Shown here one piece after another: positions 9,779-18,622 of a stretch of DNA of 64,000 nucleotides. Made by a program: the position numbers and the translations under genes. Under the pieces are notes generated by a model. The model saw nothing but the letters and a program-made list of their open reading frames with translations, was not told the DNA's origin and ran no database searches. Every line of letters begins with the position of its first letter. Positions within the stretch are counted from its first letter, which is position 1. Origin of the DNA: an uncultured Alphaproteobacteria bacterium (GTDB lineage: Bacteria; Pseudomonadota; Alphaproteobacteria; RF32; CAG-239); the NCBI GenBank assembly GCA_944392155.1, contig CALXVR010000004.1, positions 9,645-73,644 of the forward strand, written 5' to 3'.

Positions 9779-10429
9779 TTATGGTTTGGGTTTAAGATAT
9801 TGAATTTTGACTTCACCGTACATGCCGTAGCCACCATCCAAATCCCATTGCTTTCCGCCGGCACCTCCTGCTCCCGGAGCAGTAGCGCAGCGTTCTTCGA
9901 AAGTTCCTTTGGCTATTCCTCCGCCATTATTAGTTAGGACAGAATTTGCTCCGGATCGTAATGTTGTGCCATTTACAACACTGTTTCCGGAATAGCCATT
10001 TGATTTTATTTGGCATGAAGTAATCTGAAGTTGTTCTGAAATTGTTAATGAGCCTCCGGCTCCGGCACCGCCATTATCGGTATAGCCAACAATACCTCCT
10101 CCTAATTTTATGATATCGCCTATGTAGCTGGCTTCTCCGCTTTTTCTGTTAGATTGTGGCGCAATTCCTGCATAACAGTTTATATTGTTTAGGTTGTCTG
10201 AAATTTTTATAATACCTTCAAATCCGGCTCCGGAGCCACCGCCGCCGCCAACACCATAAACACCGCAATTTCCGCCACCGCCGCCGGCTCCTTGAGCTCT
10301 GATATAATAATATCCTTTTTTTAAATTTACTTCTTTTGTATCCCCATTTTTTCCATCAAAAAGTATAGTATTGGGAGTGTATGCGCAGATGCTTCCTCCT
10401 AATGAATTTGATTTTCCCATTATTGTCAT
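9779..10429 (-). CDS. Glycine-rich domain protein (phage tail-fibre-type Gly-rich beta domain)
   Basis: 216 aa with runs GAGGGGGNCGVYGVGGGGGSGAGFEG, GGAGAGGS and APGAGGAGG. Its start overlaps the upstream stop (ATGA at 10426-10429). Confidence 0.65.
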   Translation of the reverse strand: MTIMGKSNSLGGSICAYTPNTILFDGKNGDTKEVNLKKGYYYIRAQGAGGGGGNCGVYGVGGGGGSGAGFEGIIKISDNLNNINCYAGIAPQSNRKSGEASYIGDIIKLGGGIVGYTDNGGAGAGGSLTISEQLQITSCQIKSNGYSGNSVVNGTTLRSGANSVLTNNGGGIAKGTFEERCATAPGAGGAGGKQWDLDGGYGMYGEVKIQYLKPKP

Positions 10430-11388
10430 GATGCTATTACTCCGTTTGCAACACCTAAAATTCTTCCGTCGGGATAGCGGCGGAAGGTCATTAAATAACT
10501 GCCGGATGGTGTGGCCGATAAACCATCAAGCCATTGAAAAGTTTCTGTCTCAGGGAAAGTGTATGAGTAGGTGTAATCTCCGGCATTTTGATTTAGTAAT
10601 AATGAAAAGCTGATTATCATGTCTGTATTGCATTTGCTGAAATCAAAATTAAAATCCGTATTGCCGGTGGGTGTTACGATATACTCAAAAATCCCCGGTT
10701 CAATTGTTACGGTAAAATCGCCCTCGGTTGTTCCTAAGTCTTTTTGAGAGGTGTAAATTGTTTCCGGGCGATTTTGTACATATTGGGCGTTTTCTGCAGC
10801 TTGATTTGCCGCAATAAGTGTTTGAGCACAAGCTGTTTCAGTTTTTTTTGTATTATTTTGTACTTCCGTAGCTTTTTGCATTACATCGCTGTAGCAGTTC
10901 GTTAATTTTTCTATTTCTATGGTTGAATTTTGCAGGCTGTTTTCATTGGCATTCCAGATGATAGCTTTGCCTGCTTCAGGCATTGGTAACGCTACATTCA
11001 ATTGGGTCGGGGCATAAGGCGGAAAAGTTACGGTGCGACTGATTAAATCTTGCAATTGTTCCATACAGGCTAATTGATAATCAAACTCAAGATTTACTTT
11101 TGAGGTGCGAAAAGGTCCGACCTCCTGAAAATTTGTTGTGCGTTTGAGTTCTAAGTTGCGATAAATGGTTATTATTGTTCCACTTGTCGGAGCTGTATCA
11201 AAGATTACTTTTCCTCCTTGTTCTTCTTTTTGGATGGTGTATCCCTCTGTTAATAAAGTATCTTCGGCGTATATATCAACATCGGTTTCATCAAAAATTG
11301 TGAAGGTGAAATTAAATTCCGTAGTTGAACCATCTCCTTCATAACGAATTCGTGGTTTGATACTGCCTATTTCTAAGGTTTCAGACAT
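10426..11388 (-). CDS. Phage tail fibre / tailspike-like protein (N-terminal particle-binding-type domain + coiled segment + C-terminal beta domain)
   Basis: Start moved to ATG 11388 (GGAG 8 nt upstream; the track ORF extends to 11508). The N-terminus IRYEGDGSTTEFNFTFTIFDETDVDIY...YRNLELKRTTNF...LEFDYQL follows the common tail-fibre N-terminal pattern. Confidence 0.6.
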   Translation of the reverse strand: MSETLEIGSIKPRIRYEGDGSTTEFNFTFTIFDETDVDIYAEDTLLTEGYTIQKEEQGGKVIFDTAPTSGTIITIYRNLELKRTTNFQEVGPFRTSKVNLEFDYQLACMEQLQDLISRTVTFPPYAPTQLNVALPMPEAGKAIIWNANENSLQNSTIEIEKLTNCYSDVMQKATEVQNNTKKTETACAQTLIAANQAAENAQYVQNRPETIYTSQKDLGTTEGDFTVTIEPGIFEYIVTPTGNTDFNFDFSKCNTDMIISFSLLLNQNAGDYTYSYTFPETETFQWLDGLSATPSGSYLMTFRRYPDGRILGVANGVIAS

Positions 11389-11599
11389 TTTTTTCTCCAT
11401 GATGTAGTTTAAAATAAAAAAAACAGCTTTGTTTTTACAAAGCTGTTTGGCAGATACACTTATAGCAAGTGATGTTTTGTTTTTAGCATAAAAAAATTTC
11501 CTTGTCAAGGAATTTATTCCTATTTATATCTCTCCTCTTATTGTTGACTTGACTGGGCTATGTGTTACGATGCTTTTCTAAATAATTTTTGAGGAGGGT

Positions 11600-12352
11600 A
11601 TGATGTCTGAAAATGTTTGTGAAGCATCAAGGTTTGGCTGCAAAAAACTTTGGGCTTTTGTTATTCTGGCTTTTGGTATTGCTTTGGGTGGTTTTTTTCC
11701 CGGGTATTATTACTATCAGGCCAAGCTTAAAGATAATTTTGTAACTGTTAAGGGCTTGGCAGAAATGGATGTTAAGGCGGATTTGGGAATCTGGAATATC
11801 AAATTTGTTGCAACGAGTAATGATTTGTTGACAGTGCAAAAAAATATGGCGACAAATCTTTCTCTTATTAAAAATTATTTGATAGAAAAAGGTTTTGAAG
11901 AAGCAGAAATTTCTGAAGGACGGATTGAAACAAACGATTTGATGACAAATCCTTATCGGGATAAAGATTTTGCCGCGCGCTATATCTTAAATCAAACGGT
12001 TACGTTGCGTAGCGAGAAGGTTGATTTGATTGAGCAGACACTTCGTTCAAGCGGTGAGCTTGTTGCAAAAGGAGTGGTCTTTGACAGTCAGACTTATGGT
12101 TCTCCCGTATCTTATATTTTTACAAAACTTAATGATGTCAAGCCGCAAATGCTTGAAGAAGCAACGAGAAATGCACGTCAGGCAGCTCTTGAATTTGCAA
12201 AAAGCTCCGGTAGTGAGGTTGGTAAAATCCGTCGCGCTTCTCAAGGCGTATTCTCTATTCAGCCACTTTTAGCCGTTGCCGGAGAGTCTGAAAGCTCACA
12301 AATCAACAAAAGGGTGAGGGTGGTGTCTACGATAGAATTTTGGCTCAACTAG
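11600..12352 (+). CDS. SIMPL (DUF541) domain periplasmic protein
   Basis: 250 aa with GAGGAGGG RBS and one N-terminal TM segment. VTVKGLAEMDVKADLGIWNIKF...ARQAALEFAKSSGSEVGKI fits the SIMPL/YggE-like pattern. Confidence 0.7.
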   Translation: MMSENVCEASRFGCKKLWAFVILAFGIALGGFFPGYYYYQAKLKDNFVTVKGLAEMDVKADLGIWNIKFVATSNDLLTVQKNMATNLSLIKNYLIEKGFEEAEISEGRIETNDLMTNPYRDKDFAARYILNQTVTLRSEKVDLIEQTLRSSGELVAKGVVFDSQTYGSPVSYIFTKLNDVKPQMLEEATRNARQAALEFAKSSGSEVGKIRRASQGVFSIQPLLAVAGESESSQINKRVRVVSTIEFWLN

Positions 12353-12479
12353 AAAAAGCTTGTATAATGGGTAACTAATACAGAAACTGCGCAATAAAAT
12401 TTTTAGTCGTGTACTATTTTGTACACTCAAAAAATTTTCCCCTTGTTTCTTATTATTTACCTCATTCTCCAAGCTTTTG
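12353..12479. repeat. Palindromic intergenic repeat, family 1 (complete, ~125 nt imperfect hairpin)
   Basis: The left arm AAAAAGCTTGTATAATGGGTAACTAATACAGAAACTGCGCAATAAAATTTTTAGTCGTGTAC pairs imperfectly with the right arm GTACACTCAAAAAATTTTCCCCTTGTTTCTTATTATTTACCTCATTCTCCAAGCTTTT. The element is related to 30974-31100. Confidence 0.7.
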
Positions 12480-12490
12480 TAAAAAGTCCA

Positions 12491-12511
12491 TATAGTGGGT
12501 AACTAATATAG
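12491..12511. repeat. Short direct duplication of the family-1 left-arm segment
   Basis: TATAGTGGGTAACTAATATAG repeats TATAATGGGTAACTAATACAG (12364-12384) on the far side of the palindrome. Confidence 0.55.
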
Positions 12512-12515
12512 TATT

Positions 12516-12547
12516 AAAAAAAGCCTCCATATTATGGAGGCTTTTTT
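12516..12547. terminator. Bidirectional rho-independent terminator
   Basis: AAAAAAAGCCTCCAT-ATT-ATGGAGGCTTTTTT, flanked by an A-run and a T-run, just downstream of the nagB (-) stop. Confidence 0.8.
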
Positions 12548-12552
12548 GGTTG

Positions 12553-13356
12553 TTATTTTACATTGACGAAGTTGCTTTGTTCAATGTCTTTGAAGTATTT
12601 TACCGTATCAGCTTTGAGTTCTTTAGTGGCATCATCATCGCAAACAATGATGGCATGTCGATGCATTTGCAAAATGCTGATGGTCCACATATGATTAATA
12701 CTGCCCTCAATGGCGTGGTGCAAGGCTCTTGCTTTGTTGGTGCCCGTTGCCAGAATCATAACTTCTTCGGCATCACAAATTGTTCCGACGCCGACGGTTA
12801 AGGCTGTTCTCGGAACTTGATTGATATCGTTGTCAAAGAAACGAGAATTTGCTTGGATTGTTTCGGTGGTCAAGGTTTTAACTCTTGTACGTGAAGTTAA
12901 GGATGAGCCGGGCTCGTTGAACGCAATATGCCCGTCAGATCCTACGCCGCCTAAAAACAACTTAATGCCGCCACAAGCTTTGATTTTTTCTTCATATTCG
13001 CGACATTCTTTGGCATAATCTTTAGTCATGCCGTTAAGAATATGAATATTTTCTTTTTTGATATTGATGTGTTTGAAAAAGTTTTCCCACATGAAATAGT
13101 GATAACTTTGCGGATGGTTTTCATCTAAGCCGATGTATTCATCCATATTAAAAGTAATAACATTTTCAAAGGAGAGTTTGCCTGCTTTATTTAGTTTTAT
13201 CAGTTCCTTATAAGTTCCGAGAGGGGTTGAACCCGTTGGTAAGCCCAGAACAAAAGGTTTGTCGGCAGTTGGGCGAAAACCGTTTATTTTGTAGGCAATA
13301 TAATTGGCAGCCCATACGGAGCATTTGTCGTAGTCAGGTCTGATTATAACGCGCAT
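12553..13356 (-). CDS. nagB: Glucosamine-6-phosphate deaminase
   Basis: 267 aa. [20 protein letters not shown]..., [14 protein letters not shown] and [17 protein letters not shown] are all present. Confidence 0.92.
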   Translation of the reverse strand: MRVIIRPDYDKCSVWAANYIAYKINGFRPTADKPFVLGLPTGSTPLGTYKELIKLNKAGKLSFENVITFNMDEYIGLDENHPQSYHYFMWENFFKHINIKKENIHILNGMTKDYAKECREYEEKIKACGGIKLFLGGVGSDGHIAFNEPGSSLTSRTRVKTLTTETIQANSRFFDNDINQVPRTALTVGVGTICDAEEVMILATGTNKARALHHAIEGSINHMWTISILQMHRHAIIVCDDDATKELKADTVKYFKDIEQSNFVNVK

Positions 13357-14528
13357 AGTTTTTCTCCTTCTTTGAAAAATTCGCCTTTGACGATGGTGTA
13401 TTGCGGGTTGAGGTCTTGGTCTAAAACAACCAAATCTGCATCATAGCCGGGGGCGATAAGCCCTAAATGTTCTTGTCTCATAATATTGGCAGGGTTGGTG
13501 GAGGCCATTTGGATGGCTTGGTCTAAGCTAATGCCAAAAGAAACCAGGTTTTTGACGCCGTCGCTCATGGTCAACGCAGATCCGGCAATGACATTGTCTG
13601 ATTTGCGATAAAAACAGCCGTCTAAATATACTTCTTCTCCGTTTGCCATTAGGGGTAATTCTTTTTGTTTGGTCGGTTTGAGCGAATCCGTTACAAGGAC
13701 AAGCTTATCTATTGGTTTGCAGCGGAGCAAAAATTTAATCAGGTTCGGGTTGATGTGGATGCCGTCGGCAATAATTTCACAAGAGATTTCCGGGTGTATA
13801 AAGACCGCGCCAACTGCGTTCGGGTCGCGGTGGTGCATGCGGCTCATGGCATTAAACAAGTGGGTTACATGTAAAATACGTACCTGCATACCTTCAACCA
13901 TTTGGTTATAGTTTGCGTTGGTATGTCCGGCTTGCAGAACTATGCCTTTACCGATACAATATAGCGAAAGTTCTCTCATGCCTTTAAGTTCGGGAGCAAC
14001 CGTCATATTAATAATTTTACCCTCAGATGCATTCCATAATTCTTCCATTAGGTTTAAATCTACGGGGCTAAGAGAATCCGGTGTTTGGACGCCTAAACGT
14101 TCCGGCGAGATGAATGGTCCCTCCAGATGAAGACCGAGAATCTTCGCGCCTTTTTCTTTACCCATGGCAGCCGTAATGGCCTTAATATCTTTTAGCATCT
14201 TTTCTTTGGGAGAAGAATACAAGGTTGGGATGAAGGAGGTTACGCCATATTTGGTCAAAGATTCCGACATCTTCAAAATAGAATCGGTAGATTGGTCATC
14301 CGTGCCGTGTCCTTCAATGCCGTGAATATGTGTATCTATATAACCCGGGGCTATATAGGCGCCTTTTAGGTCTATAAATTTTACATCATCTTTAAATTGT
14401 TTGGTAGCGAATCTGGTTTCGTTAAAAACATCTATGATTTTGTAGCTTTTGATTAAAATCGCACAGTTTTTCATTACCGAATATCCGGTTAGGACTGTGG
14501 CGTTATGCAAGCAAATTTCGGAATTCAT
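13344..14528 (-). CDS. nagA: N-acetylglucosamine-6-phosphate deacetylase
   Basis: 394 aa. GYIDTHIHG metal site, HLEGPF, and AGHTNA. Overlaps the nagB start by 13 nt. Confidence 0.9.
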   Translation of the reverse strand: MNSEICLHNATVLTGYSVMKNCAILIKSYKIIDVFNETRFATKQFKDDVKFIDLKGAYIAPGYIDTHIHGIEGHGTDDQSTDSILKMSESLTKYGVTSFIPTLYSSPKEKMLKDIKAITAAMGKEKGAKILGLHLEGPFISPERLGVQTPDSLSPVDLNLMEELWNASEGKIINMTVAPELKGMRELSLYCIGKGIVLQAGHTNANYNQMVEGMQVRILHVTHLFNAMSRMHHRDPNAVGAVFIHPEISCEIIADGIHINPNLIKFLLRCKPIDKLVLVTDSLKPTKQKELPLMANGEEVYLDGCFYRKSDNVIAGSALTMSDGVKNLVSFGISLDQAIQMASTNPANIMRQEHLGLIAPGYDADLVVLDQDLNPQYTIVKGEFFKEGEKLCAL

Positions 14529-14664
14529 GAATCTCTCAAAAAGTTGTTAATTAATTATGGTCATATTATGCCCTAAAGGTAAAAATTCAGCAAACAAAAT
14601 CTGGACTTTCTAAAAAATAGATTTTATGCTTTTTGTGTTTTGAAAAATTAGGGAAAATATCAAT

Positions 14665-15603
14665 ATGAAATTAAAAAACATATGGCGTAAGATTTGGGCA
14701 CCGAAAATTTTTAATCAGGGATATTTACCTGAGTTTGACGGGCATCAGATATATTTTGTGGAGATGGGTAATCCGAATGGGGTGCCCGTATTGGTTTTTC
14801 ACGGGGGACCCGGCGGTGGTATGAACTTGCGCTATGCTCTTCCGTTTGACCGCAAAAAACACAGAGTGATTTTGTTTGACCAAAGAGGTTGCGGAAAATC
14901 TCTTCCCTTAGGCGAGATGAAAAATAATAATACCGAAGCCTTGATTGATGATGCCGTAAGGCTTTTGGATTATTTGAATATTGATGGTAAAATTATTCTC
15001 CGCGGTGCTTCTTGGGGATCTACGTTGGCTTTGCTTTTTGCTGAAAAATATCCTGAAAGAGTGGAGAAAATTTTGGTCTCCCAAATCTATTTGGCTGACG
15101 AAATCGGGCAAAAATGGAATGTGGAGACCAGTCGCTTATTTTATCCGGATATTTGGGAAAAAATAGAAAAAGAAGTTAAAAACGGTGAGCCGGTGTTGGA
15201 ATATTATGCTGATTTAATCAATTCGGATGATGTCATGAAGCAGGTTAAAGCCGCAAATTTGGCCGGAAGTTATGAGCGTTGTTTGGGCGCGGTTAATCCT
15301 AAACTTGGGTACAAAGAACTGTCTCCGGAAGATTTGGCGGAAATCAGAATCTCTTTGACTTATTTGAGTAAACGCTATTTCTTGGCTGAAAACCAGATTG
15401 CAAAAAATGTTCAAAAAATTGCACATATTCCGATGCTGATGATTCATAATCGTTTGGATATGGTTTGTCCGATACTCTCTGCTTATAATCTGCACAAGAA
15501 ACTTCCAAAATCAAAATTTGTAATTGTGCCGGGACGAGGACATTTCGGACCGAGGCTTAATGAGGTTATCTACCAAGAAATAAAGGCTTATTTGAAGGAT
15601 TAA
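14665..15603 (+). CDS. pip: Prolyl aminopeptidase (proline iminopeptidase, alpha/beta hydrolase)
   Basis: 312 aa. VFHGGPGGG, FDQRGCGKS, and the nucleophile elbow GASWGSTLAL. Confidence 0.85.
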   Translation: MKLKNIWRKIWAPKIFNQGYLPEFDGHQIYFVEMGNPNGVPVLVFHGGPGGGMNLRYALPFDRKKHRVILFDQRGCGKSLPLGEMKNNNTEALIDDAVRLLDYLNIDGKIILRGASWGSTLALLFAEKYPERVEKILVSQIYLADEIGQKWNVETSRLFYPDIWEKIEKEVKNGEPVLEYYADLINSDDVMKQVKAANLAGSYERCLGAVNPKLGYKELSPEDLAEIRISLTYLSKRYFLAENQIAKNVQKIAHIPMLMIHNRLDMVCPILSAYNLHKKLPKSKFVIVPGRGHFGPRLNEVIYQEIKAYLKD

Positions 15604-15698
15604 AAAGTTTGTCTTGTTCACACAAGGCAATTGTGTGGTTGACAAGCAAAGTTTTTATATCTAACTTCAAAAACAAAGTTAACTTGTGGAATTTTTGA

Positions 15699-17027
15699 AT
15701 GCGACGTTTAATTATAAGTATTATCCTGACCCTGTTGCTTACGCTGTGGGGGCATAGGCTTTATCTGACAGATGTCGGTTTTGACTATAAACTTTTTATC
15801 ATTATCATTACGCTCTCTTATATGATTTGTTATAAGTTGGTGCAGTATTTGGCGCGTTTTAAGATTGTTGAAAATAATTCGCGCATAGATATTGTTTTTG
15901 TGGTTTGCGTCGTGGCTTTTATGTTTGTGCCGATTATGCATATTAATCGTGATGAAATTTCGGTGCAAGAAAACAGGTCTTTGGCTAAATATGTACCGCT
16001 TATTGATGATGAGACGGGGTTGATTAATTATAATTTCGGTAAGGATTTTGAAAACTGGTTTAATGATCGTTTCTTTGGACGGCGGCAATTTATTAAAAAC
16101 AGCAAAGTTATTGATATGCTGATTAATAATGAGATGAAAAACTTTGATGCCATGGCCGGCAAAGAAAATTGGTTGTTTACTAAAAGATGGAATTCCGAGG
16201 ATATGTTCCGCAACAAATATTTGTTTGATGATGAGGAACTTTCGAAAATTAAGCATCGTTTGGAAAGTTTGCAGATTTGGTTGGATAAACGGAACATTAA
16301 GCTCTATTTGATGTTGGTGCCTGATAAAGAGCGTGTTTATGGGGAGTTTTATCCGGATGGATATACTAAAATTAATAAGCAAGCAAAAATTGAACAAGCT
16401 TATGAATTTTTGAAGGAAAATACTCATATTCCGGTTGTTTATCCGATTAAGGCCTTGGAAAAAGCTAAGCAAAAGCATTTGGTTTATTATAAAACAGGAA
16501 CGCATTGGAATCATCGCGGGGCTTATGTGGCTTATCTTGAGATGATGAAAATGCTTAAAAAAGATTTTCCGTCGCTTAGAATTTTGAAAGAAGCTGATTT
16601 TAATATTGAGCCCCAGTTTAGCGCCGATGAGGATATCGCAAATGCTTTGGGAATTGATGCAAAATCAACCTTTCCGAAGGAAGATATGACTTATGATGTG
16701 TTTAAGCTTAAAAAAGAAACAACGACGGTTGAACATGAGTTTGTAAACAAAGAATTACGAATTGAGACCTTTGATTTTGTAAGTAATAATCAAGCTAATA
16801 AGCTTAAAGCCATTTTTTATGCGGATAGTCAGTTTTTGCGAATGAATTGGTATGTGGCGGAGAGCTTCAAGGAGATGCAGCATATCTATGTCGGTTACGG
16901 ACGTGATTTTGATATTCCGTATATGGCTGAAGATATTGAAAATTTTGCACCCGATATATTTGTGATAGCTACAGGCGAGCGTTTTCTTAACCGCTTGATG
17001 AAGATTGAAACTCCCGGAGAAGAATAA
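15699..17027 (+). CDS. AlgJ/AlgX-like (SGNH-like) polysaccharide O-acyltransferase component, membrane-anchored
   Basis: 442 aa with N-terminal TM segments. FENWFNDRFFGRR and YYKTGTHWNHRGAYVAY align with the paralogues at 27721 and 28838 (FE.YYND.FA.RKK; KDTHWN..GAY). Confidence 0.7.
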   Translation: MRRLIISIILTLLLTLWGHRLYLTDVGFDYKLFIIIITLSYMICYKLVQYLARFKIVENNSRIDIVFVVCVVAFMFVPIMHINRDEISVQENRSLAKYVPLIDDETGLINYNFGKDFENWFNDRFFGRRQFIKNSKVIDMLINNEMKNFDAMAGKENWLFTKRWNSEDMFRNKYLFDDEELSKIKHRLESLQIWLDKRNIKLYLMLVPDKERVYGEFYPDGYTKINKQAKIEQAYEFLKENTHIPVVYPIKALEKAKQKHLVYYKTGTHWNHRGAYVAYLEMMKMLKKDFPSLRILKEADFNIEPQFSADEDIANALGIDAKSTFPKEDMTYDVFKLKKETTTVEHEFVNKELRIETFDFVSNNQANKLKAIFYADSQFLRMNWYVAESFKEMQHIYVGYGRDFDIPYMAEDIENFAPDIFVIATGERFLNRLMKIETPGEE

Positions 17028-17038
17028 GGATAAGATTG

Positions 17039-18445
17039 ATGCTGTTTAGTTCTATGACATTTTTGTTTGTGTTTATGCCGGTGGTAATGAGCATTTATTT
17101 GCTCTCTAAAAAAGATATCAGAAATTATGTTTTGTTAGCGGCAAGTATTATCTTTTATGCTTGGGGTGAGCCCAGATATTTGGCGATTATGATTATGACT
17201 ATCGTCGTTACTTACGCCGGAGCCAGAATCGTAGACAGATGTTTGGATGATAAAAAACGCAAATGGGCGATGACTGCTACGATTTTGGTAGATTTAGGGT
17301 TCCTTATTTATTTTAAGTATTTTAATTTTATTGTTGATAATGTTAACGCGGCTTTGCAACTTAATCTTGACTTTATTGATGTGGTTATGCCGATCGGTAT
17401 TTCTTTTTATACTTTTCAGGCCATATCTTATTTGATAGATGTTTATCGTCGGGAAGTTGAAGCACAGGAAGATATTAACAAATTGGCTCTTTATATTGTG
17501 TTGTTTCCGCAGTTAGTGGCAGGACCGATTGTTAAATATCACGATGTTTGTGAGCAGATTGATGACAGAAAGGTTACTTTTGCCGATGTTTCTTTTGGCT
17601 TAAAACGCTTCATTATTGGTTTGGCTAAAAAGGTTTTGATAGCTAATACCTTAGCTGTTGTCGTTGATAGAATCTTTATGCAACAGCCGGAAACTCTTGG
17701 CTTTGGATATGCTTGGCTCGGCATTATAGCCTATATGATACAGCTGTATTTTGATTTTTCAGGATATTCGGATATGGCTATCGGTTTGGGGCGGATGTTT
17801 GGTTTCAGATTCTTGGAAAACTTTAATTATCCCTATATTTCCAAATCAATTTCTGAGTTTTGGCAAAGATGGCATATTTCTTTGGCAACGTGGTTTAAAC
17901 AATATTTATATATTCCGCTTGGTGGAAATCGGGTTTCGCCGGTGCGTACTTATATAAATTTGTTTGTGGTCTTTTTAGTTACCGGTGTTTGGCACGGAGC
18001 TAGTTGGACTTTTGTTCTGTGGGGTGTTTGGAACGCCATCTTTATTTGTTTTGAAAAGTTTGTCGGTTGGCATAAACCTAAAGATGAGAGCCGGTATATT
18101 TCAGCATTAAGACATATCTATGCGATGCTTGTCTTTGTTTTGGGATTGGTTTTTTTCCGCTCCGTTAATATGGATTATGCTTGGGATTATTTGCATCAGA
18201 TGTTTATGCTGAATCAGCCCGAGGTTGTGACGGAAGTTGATTTTGGTATCAACAATAAATTTATTTTAATGTTGATTTTAGGAATTATTTGTTCTGCACC
18301 GATATTTAAGAATATGCTTTATGTAAAGTACGAACGTAAAGTTTTGCGTAGCATCATTAATATCTGGATATTTATCCTCTTTTATTGGTCTACCATATCT
18401 CTTGCATCGTCAACGTATAATCCGTTTATTTATTTCCGTTTCTAG
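17039..18445 (+). CDS. MBOAT family O-acyltransferase (AlgI/DltB/PatA-like)
   Basis: The first codon of the track ORF is TTG 17036, with ATG at 17039. FYTFQAISYLIDVYRR and WQRWHISLATWFKQYLYIPLGGNR carry the MBOAT His. Paralogue of 26315-27718; both end TYNPFIYFRF. Confidence 0.88.
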   Translation: MLFSSMTFLFVFMPVVMSIYLLSKKDIRNYVLLAASIIFYAWGEPRYLAIMIMTIVVTYAGARIVDRCLDDKKRKWAMTATILVDLGFLIYFKYFNFIVDNVNAALQLNLDFIDVVMPIGISFYTFQAISYLIDVYRREVEAQEDINKLALYIVLFPQLVAGPIVKYHDVCEQIDDRKVTFADVSFGLKRFIIGLAKKVLIANTLAVVVDRIFMQQPETLGFGYAWLGIIAYMIQLYFDFSGYSDMAIGLGRMFGFRFLENFNYPYISKSISEFWQRWHISLATWFKQYLYIPLGGNRVSPVRTYINLFVVFLVTGVWHGASWTFVLWGVWNAIFICFEKFVGWHKPKDESRYISALRHIYAMLVFVLGLVFFRSVNMDYAWDYLHQMFMLNQPEVVTEVDFGINNKFILMLILGIICSAPIFKNMLYVKYERKVLRSIINIWIFILFYWSTISLASSTYNPFIYFRF

Positions 18446-18446
18446 G

Positions 18447-18618
18447 AAAATCACGCTTAATGGGAAATTTGGGTGTCGCTGTCGGAATTTTGAAAATTCA
18501 CGTAGGTCATACTACGCTAAAATTTTCAAAATCCTAAGCTTCTACAACTTTCCTCATTAATCGTGATTTTCAAAAGAGGGAGATGGGAAACTTGGGTGTC
18601 GCTGTCGGAATTTTGAAA
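18447..18618. repeat. Palindromic intergenic repeat, family 2, plus 36-nt direct duplication
   Basis: Nested hairpin: AAAATCACGCTTAATGGGAAA (18447-18467) pairs with TTTCCTCATTAATCGTGATTTT (18549-18570). The inner stem is GGAATTTTGAAAATT / AAATTTTCAAAATCC around CACGTAGGTCATACTACGCTA. ATGGGAAATTTGGGTGTCGCTGTCGGAATTTTGAAA (18460-18495) recurs at 18583-18618 with 1 mismatch. Confidence 0.75.
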
Positions 18619-18622
18619 GAGA

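Noticed and set aside
10060-10300. GGC/GCC-rich runs in the Gly-rich gene, and the GAT/GAC run at 4579-4602 (poly-Asp), as slipped-strand phase-variation tracts
   Set aside because: The codon usage within the runs is mixed (GGA/GGC/GGT; GAT/GAC), so no perfect repeat longer than 3 units exists. Any slippage would also be in-frame.
9363-11508. Complete prophage around the tail-fibre-like genes
   Set aside because: No integrase, terminase, capsid, portal, tail tube/sheath, baseplate or lysis genes occur within 9 kb on either side. The neighbours are galE/ugd and nagBA housekeeping genes.
15708-16514. Long antisense 'shadow' ORFs, for example 268 aa at 15708-16514(-), 183 aa at 43019-43570(-), 171 aa at 48755-49270(-), 170 aa at 6871-7383(-) and 174 aa at 51452-51976(+)
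   Set aside because: Each lies entirely opposite a gene with strong family motifs. Their translations are low-complexity (I/F/N/K-rich or R-rich) with no motifs or RBS, as expected from frame -1 or -2 of AT-rich genes.
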